From assembly GCA_003427395.1 (NCBI GenBank), contig BFEA01000007.1, positions 4,050,601-4,114,600 of the forward strand: a stretch of 64,000 nt of DNA. Direction: 5' to 3'. Position 1 is the stretch's first letter. Every line of letters begins with the position of its first letter. This stretch comes from Chara braunii (taxonomy: Eukaryota > Plantae > Charophyceae). A program made the translations under genes and the position numbers. Below, piece by piece: positions 1 through 11,336 of the stretch. The notes beneath the pieces were generated by a model. The model had not been told where the DNA came from, did no database searches, and worked only from the letters and a program-made list of their open reading frames with translations.

Positions 1-703
1 GTGCCCCGCCGCTAGAGAACGCGGGCCGCAGGACGCAGTAGGTGGTAAGGAATACACCAGTGGGGGCGACGCGTTCGGCGAGCTGAGGAGCACAGGAGCA
101 TAAAGATGAGTGGTCTCAACTGGTGAAGGAAGAGAGCGGGCACGATAAGCGCCACCAAGCAACAAAGTGGCGCCGTTGCCGGGGAAGAGTTATCTCCGAC
201 GGCCGCGGCCGGCTCGAGAACTGCGGGTGAAGGAGAACCGGCGTGACAGGTAGTGGTGGGGTTTTCTCCGGAGTTTTTGGCACCAAGGTTTCGGCTTTCG
301 GCATCGAGTTTTTTTCGGTATCGACACTTCCTTTTTTTCGGCTTCGTTTTCTACGGGTCTTTTCTTCGGCCACGACCTCCTTCGGGCCTACGCAGCAATT
401 CGAGACGACTTTTCCCTTGGCGGCATTTGGTCTTTTGATTGATATCGGGGTGAGGATTCTTTTGGGAGTCTTCTTTCGACATGGGGAAAGGGGTGCAGGG
501 CTTGTTTGGGGTGCAAGGGACTTGGGGTGTCGGGAACTCTCGGTTTTGCAGGTCTGCTCCGGCCCCGCTTGCGACTTCGGCCCTTGCTGCTCCAAATGAT
601 TCAGGTCAGTCTTTGCTGGGGAAAGTGACGTTTTTTTTTTAGTGTGTTTATTTCTAAAATCCACCAACTAAGAGGGAGGAACAGTTTGCTTGTGGGGGTT
701 TGG

Positions 704-1279
704 ATGAGGGTGAAGAACAACCAAAGGGGGGGGAGAAGGGCCATGAGGGAAAATAGGGTGATAGGGTCCGCACACGGGGGCGAGAGGGTGGACGCAAGGG
801 GGAGAGAGGAAAGGGGAGCTCAGGAGGGTCCGAGAGCGTTGTCAAGTTGGGATCCTAGGGGGTCGCCAAGTATCCTCGACCCACACGGGTTGTGGACGGC
901 ACCCGCGCGGGGTATATCTTCTGCGTTGGAAAGGGCTTCGCGAGAGGGGTCTGGGTTCTCGGGTTTCGGGCCACGCGAGTTGAGGACGGAGCCCTCTCGA
1001 GACACGCCTCCCTCAAGGGGGCGGAGTTCTCAAGCGGGGGCCGTTCGGGATTTGGGGGTGACGAGAGTGGTGCTTCGGGATCAGGGACAAGGGGGCGTAG
1101 AGACCTCAACCACCATTGTGAGCGAGGGGGATAGGGAGTTGCCTCGGGGAAGAGAAGCGAGCGATACATGGGGCGCCTTGGACGAGGGATCGGAGGACGA
1201 GTCTTGGGTGGACCGGTGCCTTGCCGATTTCTCGAACTCGGACCTCGGGGATTATTGGGACTATGAAAACGAATTTTGA
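704..1279 (+). CDS. Possible low-complexity G/R/S-rich protein with an acidic-aromatic C-terminus, upstream of the ORF cassette
   Basis: Open frame 644-1279 with first ATG at 704. It ends in ...EDESWVDRCLADFSNSDLGDYWDYENEF*. Same strand as the downstream cassette and followed by a splice-donor-like AAG|GTACGT at 1299. No recognisable homology. Confidence 0.3.
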   Translation: MRVKNNQRGGRRAMRENRVIGSAHGGERVDARGREERGAQEGPRALSSWDPRGSPSILDPHGLWTAPARGISSALERASREGSGFSGFGPRELRTEPSRDTPPSRGRSSQAGAVRDLGVTRVVLRDQGQGGVETSTTIVSEGDRELPRGREASDTWGALDEGSEDESWVDRCLADFSNSDLGDYWDYENEF

Positions 1280-1885
1280 AGGAATCAAGGACCTCAAGGT
1301 ACGTATATGTAACTGCTTAACCTGAGAGACCCTTCCGAAAGCTCCGCTTCCCCACCGCTTTCCTTTGAATACCCCGATTTAATCTTTTGATTCCAAGAGA
1401 GAAAACAGTCAGCCGGTGGCGAAAAGGGAAGAAGGGAACGAAGTGAGAAGGGTTCACGATGCGGATGGGAGGGAGTAGACAGGCTAGTGATCTCGGATCG
1501 ATAGGCGGATAAAGTCCTGGGACCCGGGTAATTCCACGCTCGAGGTGGGACGAGTAGGGGCGTGGTTCCGGATAGGCTAACTAGGACTAGGGGTCGGTTC
1601 GGTGGGAGACATAGGGCACGGGTGTATGACTTCGGTTCGATTCCGGAGGAGGGGTTGCCACCCTTCTTCGGGGATAACCTGTGTTCGTGGCTAGTCCTTA
1701 TACCTGAAAGTGGGAGGACCTTTCAGCGGGGGAGGGCAGGAAGGTAGCCAAGTGGGGCGGCGTTCCTTCTCTGGTCCATTTGATCCTGCTGGGCTCACAG
1801 ACACCTTCTTCTTGCAGGGTAGGGGTGGTCTCTCGAGTGGCCAAATAGTAAAAGTGACAAAAATATATTTCTTTGATTAGGGTGA

Positions 1886-2239
1886 ATGAACCTAGAAGCG
1901 GTCCCGGAAGGGATTAGCGTAAATAGTTATGGTGGGGTCGACGTGTGGTGTTATACCTTCTGCCTGTGGACGGGAGACTTCGACGTCGCCATCTATGTAG
2001 AAGAGGGGCGAGATCGGGGGGAGGATTTCCTCCGCGGATGGGAGGAGGCAGTAGGCAACTCTCGCGCGGAAAGAGGGGAGCTGCGAGGGTACGGGTTTAG
2101 ATACTTCTACTCACTAGGGTACCGGATTTATCCTAGGGGAGGACAAACCGCGCCGGTGATTCCGGACGCTTACCTCGACGGATCGGACGGGTGGAGAATA
2201 TTGGTCGCAATCATAGCGGAGGTAGTGGGGCGCCTATGA
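1886..2239 (+). CDS. Family-1 small protein, copy A (117 aa, unknown function)
   Basis: Intact ATG..TGA ORF. Clear paralogue of the next two ORFs (GGVDVWC, LWTGDFDVAIYVEEG, WEEAVG, YFYSLG, PVIPDAYLDGSDGW). Acceptor-like TTTCTTTGATTAG ends at 1880. Confidence 0.7.
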   Translation: MNLEAVPEGISVNSYGGVDVWCYTFCLWTGDFDVAIYVEEGRDRGEDFLRGWEEAVGNSRAERGELRGYGFRYFYSLGYRIYPRGGQTAPVIPDAYLDGSDGWRILVAIIAEVVGRL

Positions 2240-2593
2240 GCTTAGGGGTTTTGGAGTTTGAGCCGACAGGCATTAGCGTGGGAAGCCATGGGGGTGTAGA
2301 GGTATGGTGCTACAACTTTTACCTATGGACCGGGGACTTCGATATAGCACTTTACATAGAAGAAGGGACTGACCGAGAGGAAGCCTTCCTAAATAGTTGG
2401 GAAGAAGCGGTTGGCCATGCTCGGCTGGAGAGGGAGCTTTTAGGGGGCTATGAGATCAAATATTTCTATTCGCTAGGGTGCCGTACTTTCCGCCGAGGGG
2501 AACGCCCCGGTGATTCCGGAGGCGTATCTGGATGGGTCAGACGGGTGGAGAGTGTTGGTGGCGATCATAGAGGAGATAGTAGACAATATATGA
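2236..2593 (+). pseudogene. Family-1 copy B, frameshifted near 2500
   Basis: ATG 2236 overlaps the copy A stop (ATGA). MSLGVLEFEPTGIS...YFYSLGCRTFRRGE, after which the conserved PVIPEAYLDGSDGWRVLVAIIEEIVDNI* continues in another frame. The 215-aa ORF 2191-2838 in the track is an artefactual B+C fusion. Confidence 0.7.
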
Positions 2594-2955
2594 GCCTAGG
2601 GGTTTTAGAGTTTGAGCCGGGAGGCATCATCGTAGGTGACTGTGGGGGAGTAGATGTATGGTGCTTCTTGTGGTCCGGTGATTGGGACATCGCCCTCTAT
2701 GTAGAAGAGGGGACAAATTTAGGAGAAGGTTTTCTTAGTAGTTGGGAGGAGGTTGTTGGCCTGACGCAGCTAGAGAAGGAACTTTTGGGGGCTTACGAGA
2801 CCCGATATTTCTATACGCTAGGTTACCGTACCTTCTGACAAGGAGAGCGGCCCGCCCCGGTCATACCAGAGGCCTATCTCGACGGGTCCGACGGGTGGAA
2901 GGTATTGGTGGGAGTCATTAAGAAGATAGTGCAGAGCCAGGGAGGGCCTGGTTAG
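2590..2955 (+). pseudogene. Family-1 copy C, internal stop at 2836
   Basis: ATG 2590 overlaps the copy B stop (ATGA). After the TGA at 2836 (Arg in copy B), the frame continues QGERPAPVIPEAYLDGSDGWKVLVGVIKKIVQSQGGPG*. Confidence 0.7.
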
Positions 2956-3691
2956 GATTGTGGAAGCGGGAGTAGACGGCAGAGTGAAAATCGAGAAGGC
3001 TGACCTTCTCAAAGAACGAGAATGCTTTAGTGTTCCCTTGAATCATCGTACGGAGAGATACCTGGCGGGGCGTGAGAGAGGGGTGAAACTTGAGAAGGGA
3101 GTCTTTCTCTGGGCATGGTTCGCCGTAGGCATTTGGGAAGGAGATCAGTGGACCAGGAATAGACCTAGGAACGGGGGGAAGGCCCAACGAGTGGCATTTC
3201 GTGCCGAGGGCACGGTCTATCTAAGTCGGGAGGCGTGGGTTGAGTACGTCACCCACTGGGCCTTAGGGTGGTATCGGACGGACCACTAAGAGTTACGCGC
3301 GGGGCCTATCCTGAGGCGGATCTTCGAGGAGGTGCCCCTTCAACATAGCCTGCCTTTCCGCTTGAGGGTGACTTGCGTCAGGGACGAGGAATATCCTCGA
3401 GCTGCGGGTTGCGTCCAAGCTATATTCCCTTCTCATGTCTCTAGGAGTGTGTGTGGAGAGGGGACCGCGTACGAGAAAGTCGTGAGGTCTATAAGGCGGG
3501 AGAGAAGGAGAGGCCATTCCTTTCGTTCACTCCATTGGTTTTATTCCTATTGTGTGGACAACCCGGTCCCGTATGGAGTTAGAGCGGATCGGATCTGGGA
3601 GAGGATCTCTCTGGAGTCAGAAAGAGACGGTGAAGGTGGGCGAGACTACCGTTACCAAAGGGTGTTTGGAGTACGCCAGAAGGTAGGATAG
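2939..3691 (+). pseudogene. Family-2 protein copy D (~250 aa), internal stop at 3287
   Basis: Track ORFs 2960-3289 and 3332-3691 share one frame separated by a single TAA. Motifs GVFLWA, EGTVYLSREAW and LHWFYSYCVDNPVP are shared with E, F and G. Start codon uncertain (AGG at 2939). Confidence 0.6.
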
Positions 3692-3696
3692 AGTGA

Positions 3697-4380
3697 ATGG
3701 TTCTATTTGACCGGAGCATTGGTAGGTTTGTTGAGTCCTCTCTAGACGAGCGAGGAGTGTGTAGCTTAGTTCCAAGCAACGGGAGAATCCCCGATTGGAG
3801 AAGGTTAGAAGGAGGGGAGATTACAGTTGGAGGAAATTTCGTGTGGGTAGAGTCGGAGGCGGAAGAGAGAACGGTTGAGGTGCGTCTTAAAGTCACCTCG
3901 ATAATCTTCGTCAAGCCGGAGGCCTGGTCGAAGGTTATTGTACCCTTGGTCTTGGGCCAAGGGGGTGGGCTGGACTTACTAATCGGAGAGGCTAGAGAAG
4001 TCAGAAGGAGGTGGATAGATAGGGTCTGGGAGAAGTTTGAGTTTGTGGCGGCAGAGGCGGAGAGGTTCGCTAGGGCAGGCAAACTCTTGAGGGCGAGTTA
4101 CCCCGTGACTGTGTGGATCCCGGACTTTGTGTTCTCAAGTAAGAGCGAGGGAAGAGTGGTGAGACTCCTGAAAAGAGGAAGGAGTTTGGGATTACCACTT
4201 GGGGCCCTGTGGACACTGTGCACGCATTGTATCAATCCGGGAATCCCGCCACGCAGGAAACTTTGAGGTATTTTTTGGAGATTGGGGTCCCTGGAAAAAC
4301 CCTTTACCGTCTCACCGGAAAGATACCGCCAGTGGGTTTTCAAAACGGTGTCGGTAGATGGTAAGATTTGTGCTCAGTGA
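3697..4380 (+). pseudogene. Family-2 copy E, probable internal stop at 4264
   Basis: Motifs GNFVWV, TSIIFVKPEAW, LWTLCTHCINPGIPP. The frame continues past the TGA at 4264 (GIFWRL..., aligning with SIFERL in F and RIWERI in D) to the TGA ending at 4380. Confidence 0.6.
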
Positions 4381-5086
4381 GAACAGGGCGGTAGAGGCGA
4401 TAGAGGCCAGTAACGCGGGTAAAGTCTTGATCCCAGGAGACCCTCGCGTGACGCCCTACTGGATGAGCGTTAAGAAATTCGGAGTCATCCGGGAAGGCGC
4501 CTACATGTGAGTTCGAGCTTGCAGACTCACCTGGAAAGAAGGAGTGCAAAGAGGAGGTCCGCCTGACCTTGGTCGGTTCCTGGAGATTCGGGCTACGATT
4601 TTTCTCAACGAGGAGACGTGGACATAAATTTGGAGGGGTTTGGTAATTGGCCGAGAGACCCATACGGAGTACCGTGAGTCCGCGAGGCTGGTAGCAAACA
4701 ATCTGGTACTGGTTGATAACGAAGAGGGGACCTTCGAGTCGTGGACGCAGGTGTCCTTCGTCGAACCAGGCGAGGTCCCTCGCGTGTCCGGAGTCCTCCA
4801 CGCGGACCTGCCCCATTTCCTGACACGCTCATTCTTAAGAGACCCGGAGGAAAGAGTAGTGGCAGTACTTAGAGCCGCTCGGGAGTCCGGAGTGCGGACG
4901 AGAGGATTGTTCTGGCTCTATACGCGGTGTGTGGACGCTGGGGTTCCCCCAAGGGGAGAGCTAGCCTCTATATTCGAGAGACTGAGGGAGTTTGAGGGGA
5001 TCCGAGCTCACGTCGCGAATGTCCCACACGCCCGCCTCTTCGGGGAAGAGCAGGTGGCTAACAGGCGGGGGTACGAAGCTCGATGA
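4358..5086 (+). pseudogene. Family-2 copy F, internal stops at 4508 and 4625
   Basis: ATG 4358 is in frame with track ORF 4640-5086. Motifs GAYM*V, RATIFLNEETW, LFWLYTRCVDAGVPP. Confidence 0.6.
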
Positions 5087-5828
5087 TAAGAGGGATTCTA
5101 GGAACTCTTTGGGCCTCAATAGAGTCCGTGAGTGGGGAAGGAGAGGTTGTCCAAGTCTCATTACCCAAGGAAAGTCAAAGGGATCCGACAAGGGTCATTC
5201 GAAGGGAAGTAACCGACATCCGCCAAGGGAGAGCATTTGTTCGGTCGACGGTGAGCAGCGGAGAGGGGTTGGTGATCGGAGAGGCCACAGTGTTCCTTTC
5301 TAAGGATGGCTTTCTAGAGGTAGTCCACAACTTGAAATTGTGAGAGGACCCGCTTGTAGACGCACAGGCGATTCAAGAGCGTCTAGAGAGGCTTGTGGAG
5401 GAGGCAAGTCCTCGAGAAGAGTACCTTAGGATCTATCGAGTGACCTACGCGGGTTGGGAAGAAGTACCTCGGTTTTTTGACAGTGACCCCGTAGGACTCC
5501 CTCGTTTCATCCTTGAGCGAGTTTACCCCTCATAAACGACCAGGAAGGCAGTGGAACGTAGGATCTCGATCCTGAGCCAATTTCGATTCACAAGGTCGGA
5601 CATGCATTCCCTATTGACTTGGTGCCTTCAGAGTCCATATGAAGACAATTGGTCGTCTCTAGAGGGTCTGGCTATGCCTTTGAGGGCTAGGGACAACATG
5701 TGAAGGTGTCAACCATCACCTGGAGGTACTTAGGAAAGATCTATGAGGCGGGGTTAGAAGGATTAGACCCCTCGGATCTCATACGGGAAGCTATAGCGTG
5801 CCGTCGGAGAAGTTTGAGGCATGAGTGA
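5083..5828 (+). pseudogene. Divergent family-2 copy G, several stops and a probable frameshift near 5700
   Basis: ATG 5083 overlaps the copy F stop (ATGA). Motifs GRAFVR, EATVFLSKDGF, MHSLLTWCLQSP in one frame across stops at 5341 and 5533. Confidence 0.5.
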
Positions 5829-6021
5829 GCCCGACATCGATGAATTGGTGGGTCTAGAAAGGGTTAGGGCGGAGTTATACCGAATATTGACTCTTTGCTG
5901 GGAAGAGGAAAGGAGGGCGAGGCCAGGAGCCTTACGAAGGATCAAGTTGTTAGAGACTACCGCAATAAAAGTACTAGATGATTTAAAAGGGGAACTACTC
6001 TCTAAGAGAGCAGAGGCATGA
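5821..6021 (+). CDS. Small helical protein H (66 aa)
   Basis: Intact ORF overlapping the end of G. Its stop again overlaps an ATG (ATGA 6018-6021) just before the sequence switches abruptly to AT-rich DNA. Confidence 0.5.
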   Translation: MSEPDIDELVGLERVRAELYRILTLCWEEERRARPGALRRIKLLETTAIKVLDDLKGELLSKRAEA

Positions 6022-6589
6022 GCCTGAATGTTTTTTTTTTTTAAATGCTCAAATAGAAAGCACGTGCTCTATTCGGGGTAAACTCTAATGCATGCGCTTT
6101 TAAAAGAAATGATTTATGATTCGATTAGAAAATATACATATATATATTGAATTTTAATTTTAAATTTTAAGCATTTTTTAAAATTTTTAAGGATTAATAA
6201 GAATTAATTAATCAAAATTTTAAGTTGTTTTACACCTTTCAATTTCTGGCACGAGCATCGTATGCCAGTTCAGTGTAGGGAAGGTCTCAATATTTTGGAA
6301 TTTTTATTCCGATAAATTTCACTCTCTTCGCACACCATGAAAAACCACTCGAAGTTTTTGAAAACAAATTTAATAGTATTTCAATTTTTTTCCTTTTAAT
6401 TTATAATAAAAAACAATTAATTACTATAAAGCCATTTTCCTCCGCCGGTTTCACCGGCGTAGAGTCTCAAAAGTTTCTAACAAGCGAACCACCCAACTTT
6501 GGTTTCGTTATATATCGACCAAATTTGCTCGATTCGGAAGTTAAAATTGAAAAAAAAAAAAAAAATTGAACTTGGAATAATATACCCTA

Positions 6590-7625
6590 CTAGGGTTTCA
6601 CTCCATTAAGGTTTCCGCTTTGAGATCGCCCGCACGTGCACCGTTAACCCTTCTTGCCAGAGAAAATTTTGCATACTTATACATAGGTATATATTAAATA
6701 TTTCCAACGGGCTAGATGTTTTTATTGATCCTGTTTGGATATAAAAAAATAATTTTTTTAATAACTTAATTACCCTTAAAGTTGGTTGATCCTTTCTGTA
6801 CCTGCCGCACCCGATGTCTGTTTTTCCCGAAACTTGTCTTAAAATTTGGGGAAAATTCTCCCTTTCAACTTGCCTCTGGCGAGTAGTCACAATTTCCCTC
6901 TAACTTTGTTTATAAATTAAAACGATAAATAATTTTTCTTAAACTATTTTTTTGTATCAATCAAATCTGTATCTCGTGCCCCGATGCTCAGCTCCGAGCA
7001 CCGACGGTCTCAAAATAATAAGACAAACATACCTGCCAACATATGTTGGCCAAAGTCGCCCGCTATAAGAGTTAGAACCAAAAGAAGCCCAAATTTCCAA
7101 TTCAAATTAATTTTATCAAGTAGGGTTTTAAGTCATTAGGGTTTTGTTTTTGCGCTCGCTTACACGCGGACTATCGAACCTTTTTGACTAAGGAAACCAT
7201 GCACCCTTACTCTCAGCAGAACAACTGAATTTTTTGTCGGATTACAATTTTTTATTTATTCTTTTTTGATATTTTAAAAATTAGTAAAGAAAATCTGAAT
7301 TCGACAATTTAATTTCAATAGAGCTTATTGGACGGTATACCAGTCGCATAGGACGTCGGTTTTCCCGAGTCACATCTTAAAATGTCAGGAAAATTTAACC
7401 AAACAACTTCGCTCTCCGTATGCGGTTTCTATTTCTGCCCCAATTTTCAACAATATAATTTATTTTTTTTAAATAAAATTATTAATAAAGATGAAAAAAA
7501 TCAATAAATTTAGTATCTCCAGTTTCGGTGGTTAGTAGTTACTTCCAAAGGTCTCAAAAAGTTTTGAACAACGACAGGGTCATCTTTGATTAAGGTGTCG
7601 TTCGCTAAAAAGTGTCTGGATCTTG
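6590..7625. repeat. Degenerate ~530-bp direct duplication in an AT-rich block, probably the body of a non-autonomous DNA element
   Basis: Colinear shared words at ~530-bp offset: TAGGGTTT..CATTA.GGTTT (6591/7122), TTTTCCCGA...TCTTAAAAT...GGAAAATT (6822/7360), GGTCTCAAAA (7006/7550). Confidence 0.45.
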
Positions 7626-9479
7626 AGTTATGCAAAAAAAAGTTATTTAAAATAAAGATTAATGAGTAATCAAATAATCAATCAATAAGTTAATTAGTCT
7701 GTGTACCCCCGTTTGGTGGGAAAAGGCCGAGGCCTTGGGGGTGCAATCCCCTCCCCGGCAACAACACCAAAGTTGTGAGGGAAACATGAGGAGAGACTTC
7801 TATTGTTCGTTGAACCCAATGGCTATTGCGTCTGTCACTTGCTGCGCCCGCTTCTGGGGTTCTCAACTGCCGGTAGGGTGTTGTTTGTTACACACCCATT
7901 TCGAAGGTTAGGTTTGGAAACTTGAAAGGTACAACCGGAAAAGATGGAAAATAAATAAAATGATTTAGACTATTCGAGCGAGTAATTATGAAATCAGGGC
8001 TCAGAGCCTGCACAAACGTTTCTCTGTTGAATCTCGTATTAAAGAGATTAAAGTTTTTATTTATTTTAGTATAAGGATCAAGCAGAAAATAGTACGGTAG
8101 GAAAAGACAGAGCAGCAACAACCACTCACACCACAAAAAGGGTACGGAAAATGCACTCAGCAAGCGATATAAAACCGCTGATTTTGCACTATTGAGCGAG
8201 CTTGTTAACTATGCGCTTGTTCAAGGAGAGTCGGGTGCTAATGACTTTGCAAGATCTCGTCGGATGGGTGGTCGTCAGTCCTTTTTATTTCAACATCACG
8301 ATATTCTTTGGCCTCGCCCTACGCAATGCCGTCCTCCATTGGTTAGTTACCAGGGGGGAAAAAAAAAAAAAAAAAAAAAAATAAACCCTTAGTTTATTCT
8401 CGAGCGGATACTCAATTTTCACTGGTATCATCCGATTGGCTTATCTGTTTGAGGAAATGTTCAGTAAGCCCACGACCTAGGGAATAAGGTTTTTCAAGCA
8501 AGTTATCCCCTCAAGCTAGCCTGATTGACTGTTTGGATTGCTACATTCCTCAGTCGAGCTGGACACAGGTACCTGCTCGGTTCAGGGAAATTTGACTATG
8601 CCCTTCCCATTGAAAACAAAAGTAGGATGAGTAGTTGTGTCATGAGCTAGAACGTAGGAGGATTCACCGTCGTTTTCTCTCCTTTTATGCTTCACGGACC
8701 GAACTGTGGTTTCACCAATACAATAAAGGGAAAGGATCATCAAACGAAACATGGGATGGTGCACTTGCATGCTTGGTTTCTCTCCTTGACCCGCCAGAGA
8801 GGGGAAATGTCATGTACATGTCGCTGTCCTCTCTTATTCACCAAAGACTCTTGATACGCAAACTAATTTTGGTCAGCCCGTTAGTTTGTTAGTCAAGCTT
8901 GAATGTACCTGATCGTGATCAGGGCTGTTTATGTGTTCTAGAAAATAAGATTAAAATACAATAATAATAAAAGAAAAACCTTCTCTCGTCTTCACGAGGA
9001 GTTTCACTCTTTGTTGGTCGAACTAGAATGTACCTGTTCGTGATCAGGGTTGTTTATATGTGGATGAAAAATCAGATTAATAATGAATTAATTAAAAAAA
9101 AACTTCTTTTTTTACTCTCTGCCTGAAAAGTCTTCCCTCTCCTCCTAGTCCCGATTGTCTTATACATTTTTTTCTCGCTCTCTATTGTCCCTCTCGTTAG
9201 CCCCCCCCCCCATGCTCTTCTTTAATCCAGTGCATTGCCTCACGCCCTCCCTCAGCTCTTAATCATTCACAATCGTTCGGATACATACTTACCAAGCCAT
9301 CCTTAGATTAGAAGGTCCTACTTGGGAAGGGGATTTCTGATTTCCGTATTTTACACCCATGTTTTCATCCAGAGAAACGACCGATCCGCCTGCTGTCAGT
9401 TCACATGCGTGAAGCCGGTCTCAAGTCCTCACTCGTGTTTACTCTGCGCGTTCGACACAAATGTTCTTTTTTTCCCCCT

Positions 9480-9915
9480 GAAGTAGTTGTTTTCATTAAC
9501 ACCAAGAATGACAGTTCATCTTTTTACCGAAAATAGTTGTTCTCATTATCAGCGAAAGTAGTTGTGTTCATCATCAGCGGGATGACTATTCCCATCACCA
9601 GAGGGAATAGTTGTTCACATCTTCAAAAGTTGTTCTTATTTTCAGTGAAAGCGGTTTTGTTCATGATCAGCGAGATGGTTATTCTCATCACTAGCGGCAG
9701 TGGTTGTTCACATCTTCACCGTAGACAGTTGTTCTCATTTCCAACGAAAGTGGTTGTGTTCATGATCAGCCAGATGGCTATTCCCATCACTAGTAGCAAT
9801 GGTTGTTCACATCTTCACCGCAAACAGTTGTTCTCATTTCCAACGAAAGTGGTTGTGTTCATGGCTACGGGGATGGTTTTTACCATCACTGGCAGTAGTG
9901 GTTGCGCTCATCATC
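9480..9915. repeat. Degenerate ~90-99-bp tandem repeat, about 4 units
   Basis: Recurrent AGTTGTTCTCATTT..AACGAAAGTGGTTGTGTTCATG...CCCATCACTAG...GGTTGTTCACATCTTCA. Confidence 0.8.
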
Positions 9916-10449
9916 ATCGAGATGGCTGCATTAGATCACTCCCGCCTGTGTCTACCCTGTGCTCCTCGATCCGCACTCCTCTATGCTCGCATGAGGAAGC
10001 AGCCCTAGCCAGTAGTCCATTGCTGGGTACGCCTGTTGTACTCCTGCGCACCACCAGCTGCAAGTCTGCATTATCAGGACCTATGAATGAAGTATAGTGT
10101 CCATGTCCCTTCGCCCCTTACATCAGCTCGACCTCCATGGCTAGTTGCTCGTTGACAGCGCTACCGTCTTCCCCCGAACATAATGCATATGTGTTGTATT
10201 CGAGTTTTCCAAAACAACGGGTCTTTGGAAAGTTAAACTTTTTTCTTCAAACACAAGGGCACTTTGAACATAACGCATATGTGTTATATTTGAAGAATAT
10301 GCATATGCATTATATTTGAATTTCACGAAGAGAAAATGATTGTATTCGAATATAACCTTTTTTTCCCCCGAAGGTCAACGCCTGCTCCGTCTTTGCCCTG
10401 GTGAATGGGACAGGCCCATGCAGGCCCGTAATCACAAATCACTGCCCGT

Positions 10450-10450
<1 letters not shown>

Positions 10451-10513
<63 letters not shown>

Positions 10514-10658
10514 NNNNNNNNNNNNNNNNNNNNNNNNNNNNNNNNNNNNNNNNNNNNNNNNNNNNNNNNNNNNNNNNNNNNNNNNNNNNNNNNNNNNNNN
10601 NNNNNNNNNNNNNNNNNNNNNNNNNNNNNNNNNNNNNNNNNNNNNNNNNNNNNNNNNN
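10451..10658. repeat. (CT)n microsatellite running into an assembly gap (N 10514-10658)
   Basis: Seen directly. Confidence 0.95.
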
Positions 10659-11281
10659 TTTTTTTGCCCCCTATGCTCTTCTTCTGGCAAGAAACTGCCC
10701 TCCAGGTCACACGCTGTCGGAGGGGGCGGTGTCCCGGCCCTCCGCTGCGTACCAAGCACTTGCTCAATCACCTCTGCGTACGGGATGCCTCTCCGTATAC
10801 CTTCGTTGCAAGCTCGGTATCAGTTCGCTGGGTCATGCAGAATTAACAAGCCCTGGTATTGGGCTCCCAGTGGTACTGCACAAGCTCGATGCCCTGCCCT
10901 ACAACGGACCAACCTATAGCTGAAGTGATAATCGGGTTTTACCAACGCGATAGAAAAGGGGGCAGCACGCCCTACTCTGCCGCGCGCCGGGCCCCGATGG
11001 TCCAGATTTAGGCTAAGTGTAGGGACGGGATAGCAATAGTTGACTCGGTTTTCCCAACCGCGCGCTGGGCCCCTATATTCGTGTTGTAGGGTAGGTGCAG
11101 TGGCGACGGTCACCGCAAAAAAAAGAGAAAATGCAAAAAAAGAAAAAAAAGAAAAAAAAGAAAAAGAGAAGGAGAAAAGGTTGAGTGCTGGCCTTTCGAT
11201 CCATGCTTAGATTTGGATCGTTGTCCTAGCGCCTCGGTGTCAAGTGGTCTTTAGTGAGGTCGCGGCGGAAGAGAACTTTGA

Positions 11282-11305
11282 AGCATCATTTTTCCTTTTC
11301 TACTG

Positions 11306-11336
<31 letters not shown>

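Noticed and set aside
116-667. 183-aa K/P/S-rich minus-strand ORF and overlapping plus-strand ORFs
   Set aside because: Compositional ORFs from T-run and G-rich sequence, with no motif or homologue in the window.
2191-2838. 215-aa two-domain ORF in the track
   Set aside because: Produced by a frameshift in copy B that bypasses its stop; the conserved C-terminus is in another frame.
9537-10097. 186-aa hydrophobic ORF
   Set aside because: Translation of a tandem DNA repeat with a non-ATG start and no other coding evidence.
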